Positions 61,201 through 64,000 of a stretch of DNA of 64,000 bases are shown here, piece by piece. The notes under the pieces are model-generated. The model saw nothing but the letters and a program-made list of their open reading frames with translations. It searched no databases and was not told the origin of the DNA. The position numbers were made by a program, and so were the translations under genes. The DNA comes from Cenococcum geophilum. Lineage: Eukaryota. Each line of letters starts with the position of its first letter. The first letter of the stretch is position 1. The stretch spans positions 10,726,001 through 10,790,000 of the forward strand of contig CP158635.1 in NCBI GenBank assembly GCA_050273025.1. The letters run 5' to 3'.

Positions 61201-63855
61201 TATAACGGCCTAGGCGCCTTCTAAAGCTATATTAATAACGCCTTACGGGACTACCTTAATAACTTCTACTCTGCGTACCTAGACAATATACTTATTTATA
61301 GTAATAACCCCTTTAAGTATACCGAGTATATTTAAAAGGTTATATAGCGCCTTAAGGACGTAGGACTTTATATTAATTTAAAGAAGTGTAAATTCTTAAT
61401 TATAGAAGTAAAATACCTTAAACTAATTGTTATTATTAAGGGTATCCGTATAGACCTTAAAAAGGTACGTATAATTGCTAAATAGTAAGCCCTTAACTGC
61501 ATTGAGAATATATAAGCCTTTCTTAGTTTTACTAACTTCTATTAGAAATTTATATATAACTTCTTAGGCGTAGTAGCACTATTTATAGCAATAATATAAA
61601 TAAAGGGCCTTTTTACGAAAGGAAGAAAAATGTATTTACGCTTTATCTAAACGCCTAAATATAAGAAGGCGTTCTAAGACCTTAAAAATGCTTTAACTAA
61701 AGTATCTATTCTAGCTTACTTTATACTAGGATAATAACTCTACCTTAAAACTAACTCCTTAGACTATATTAATATAGGCGTCCTTTTCTAGATAGGTAAC
61801 AACGGTCTCCTTTACCTAGTCGCGTTCTACTTATTTAAGCTTATACTATAAGAGTGTAACTATAAGATCTATAATAAGGAACTTCTCGCAATTATATAAG
61901 CGTTTAAGGAACTTTAACTAGAACTCTTCTTAGTAGAACCTAATTAGCCAACTAAAGTCCTTACGGATTATTATAACCTTAAGTACTTTATAACTATAAA
62001 GCAGCTAAACTAATGCTAAGTATACTAGAACGAGTTCCTCTCTAGTTTTAACTTTAAAATTATATATAGACTAGGAGTATAAGGTACTAAGCTTAATAGC
62101 CTAGTACACCGCTCGCAAGACCTCCCTTAGTTAAAAAAAGACCCTTAAAATTAGTTCCAATAATAAACAATCCTAAAAGCACGGAATTTAGCCTTAGGTA
62201 TACTACCTATAATAAAGTTAACAGTACCTGAGCTTTATACTATAGAACTAGAGTTACCTCCTAAAATTAATAAACTTATTACTACGGTATATAACACCTC
62301 TATTAACCTATTACTATATTAACTTATTACCGTAAAGACTGCTAGCGCCTATATGCTACCTACTAACCTCTAAAGCCTAGGCTAGATTAATATAGCAGCC
62401 TTAGAAGTAAAAGAGAATAGACTCTATTATAGAGGCCGCCTATTTATCCCTAACTTAGAAAACCTATAACGGCAACTAATTTAAATAGCCTATAACCTCC
62501 GGTTAAGCGGCTACCTAGGTAAAAAAGGAACCTATAAGCTCCTTAGCCAATACTACTTCTAGCCTAAGATAATAGACTTAGTTAAACGCTTTATAGGTGC
62601 CTACTACGGTTATAAGCGCGCTAAAGCCTTTAATATAAAGTACTAAGGACTATTATATCCTCTACTAGTACCTATACGACAATAGGCAGACATTATTATA
62701 GATTTTATTGTTAACCTACCACCCTATAAATAACACGGCCGTACCTATAAGAATATTCTTATAATAATATACCAACTTATAAAAGAGCGCTACTACGTCC
62801 TAATAGAAGGCGTAGCCGTTAGTAATATTACTAACGCCTTTTTCTGCAAAGTTTACCAATTATATAGGTTACCTAACTTAATTATATCCGACTAAGGTAT
62901 ATAGTTTAACTCCGATATATAGAGACAAATTTGCTAATACTTTAGCATCTCCGTTAAAATATCTATATCCTTTTACTATAAAACTGCTGGGTAACCGAAA
63001 AACGCGAATGCTAGTATAAAAGCGTACCTATAATAGGTAGTCGTCTATAGTTAAGATAACTAGGTAGATTACCTTCTACTAGGTAAATTCGCAGTAAATA
63101 ACTACGTCTTAACCACTATAGGACTTACCCCGTTCTTCGCGAATAAGGGCTATTACCCCTAATCTAGTATAGAGCCACTAGAACCTATTAATAAGAAACT
63201 GCTATATAGAAAACGCCTTAAGATGCTACTTGCCGACTAGTATGCAGACTGTATAAAAAATCTACTTAACTACTATAAGGGAGAAATGGCCTAGGCTTAA
63301 GTAAAGTAGGTTTACTTTACTAACTGCTATAGAACGCCACTACTGGAGATACGTGTTAATAATTGGGTATAGCTAGATATACGCAATATCTCCATATAAA
63401 GGCCTATAAAGTTACTTAATTATAAGAACCTTAGCCCCTATTAAATTAAATAAGTTATTAATAGAGGAGCCGTATATAAGCTAGAGCTCCTATCTACCTT
63501 AGCTACCCGTAGGATATAGCCTATATTTTACCTATAGCTACTATACCTTTACTAGCCTAACCCCTTACCGGGATAGATATAGCCTAAACCCCTATTAGTA
63601 CTAATCTGAGATAAGAACGAATATAAGAACCATAAGGAGTAGACCATTAAACAAATTATTAACTCTAAATACTTTGGTAAAGGTAGAGGACGGCGGCTCT
63701 ACTATAGAGTTATCTATATAGGATTTAATATAGACTAGCCAGAATAGTAACTATAGGAAGACTTTAAAAACACAAAGGATTTAATTAGCGATTTTTACTA
63801 TACGAACCCATAGAAACTAGGCCTAAGTAGAGATTTTGTACCTAATCCTCTATAG

Positions 63856-64000
63856 TGTTAGCGACTTAGTTAATTAAGGCACGAGCACGGTATAAGGGAC
63901 GCGCAAGCCTCTACGATTGGATTGTCTATAAACGAGAATCTAAAGCTAGAGAAAGGAAAGGAGAAGAAGAGCAGCGCCGATCGAAGTAGGGTTCTTTTAT
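63856..64000. mobile_element. Probable start of another LTR inserted at the end of A2 pol
   Basis: Similarity to A1 stops abruptly after CCTAATCCTCTATA; new sequence begins TGTTAGCG. The other end and TSD are outside the window. Confidence 0.6.

Larger units (their letters stand above)
47814..63855 (+). mobile_element. Ty3/gypsy chromovirus family A copy 2 (A2) with nested insertions; 3' LTR outside the window
   Basis: 5' LTR 47814-48006 (193 bp, reverse complement of the A1 LTR); gag 48165-56130, protease ~56270, RT SAYLD(D)ILIY ~61270, RH ~61745, integrase 62490-63150, chromodomain 63630-63820; colinear with A1. Confidence 0.95.

Noticed and set aside
1..64000. Alternative genetic code or stop-codon readthrough to explain abundant in-frame TAA/TAG
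   Set aside because: Stops fall at Gln/Trp positions and differ between copies, alongside pervasive C>T/G>A changes in non-coding LTRs; this is mutation by RIP.

Overview
This window is an AT-rich block of nested, mostly dead transposable elements from a filamentous ascomycete (Pezizomycotina; species not determinable from the sequence). No intact host gene, tRNA, rRNA or CRISPR array is supported. Almost all of it shows repeat-induced point mutation (RIP: CpA/TpG and some CpG converted to TpA), so protein calls come from mentally reversing C>T/G>A changes. Most junctions can be resolved through LTR ends and target-site duplications (TSDs). Contents: three Ty3/gypsy families (A x2 and B x4, both chromoviruses, plus a deleted F); two Ty1/copia families (C, and GalEa-like D x2); a Tad1-like LINE (G); an ORF1-only non-autonomous LINE (E x2); two TRIM families, one as a tandem LTR-I-LTR-I-LTR; two solo LTRs; a PIF/Harbinger deletion derivative with a Myb/SANT ORF; and two satellite-laden non-autonomous TIR elements with CATC...GATG ends and a shared core. 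Family letters are my own labels. Most notable observations: (1) a spliced antisense Zn2Cys6-like plus coiled-coil gene between pol and the 3' LTR of family B; (2) a complete TSD-flanked LINE carrying only ORF1; (3) TRIMs whose primer-binding sites pair with their own LTR (self-priming); (4) the CATC elements with a conserved hairpin core; (5) copia D lacking a normal PBS and PPT but having hairpin-forming sites at both positions.
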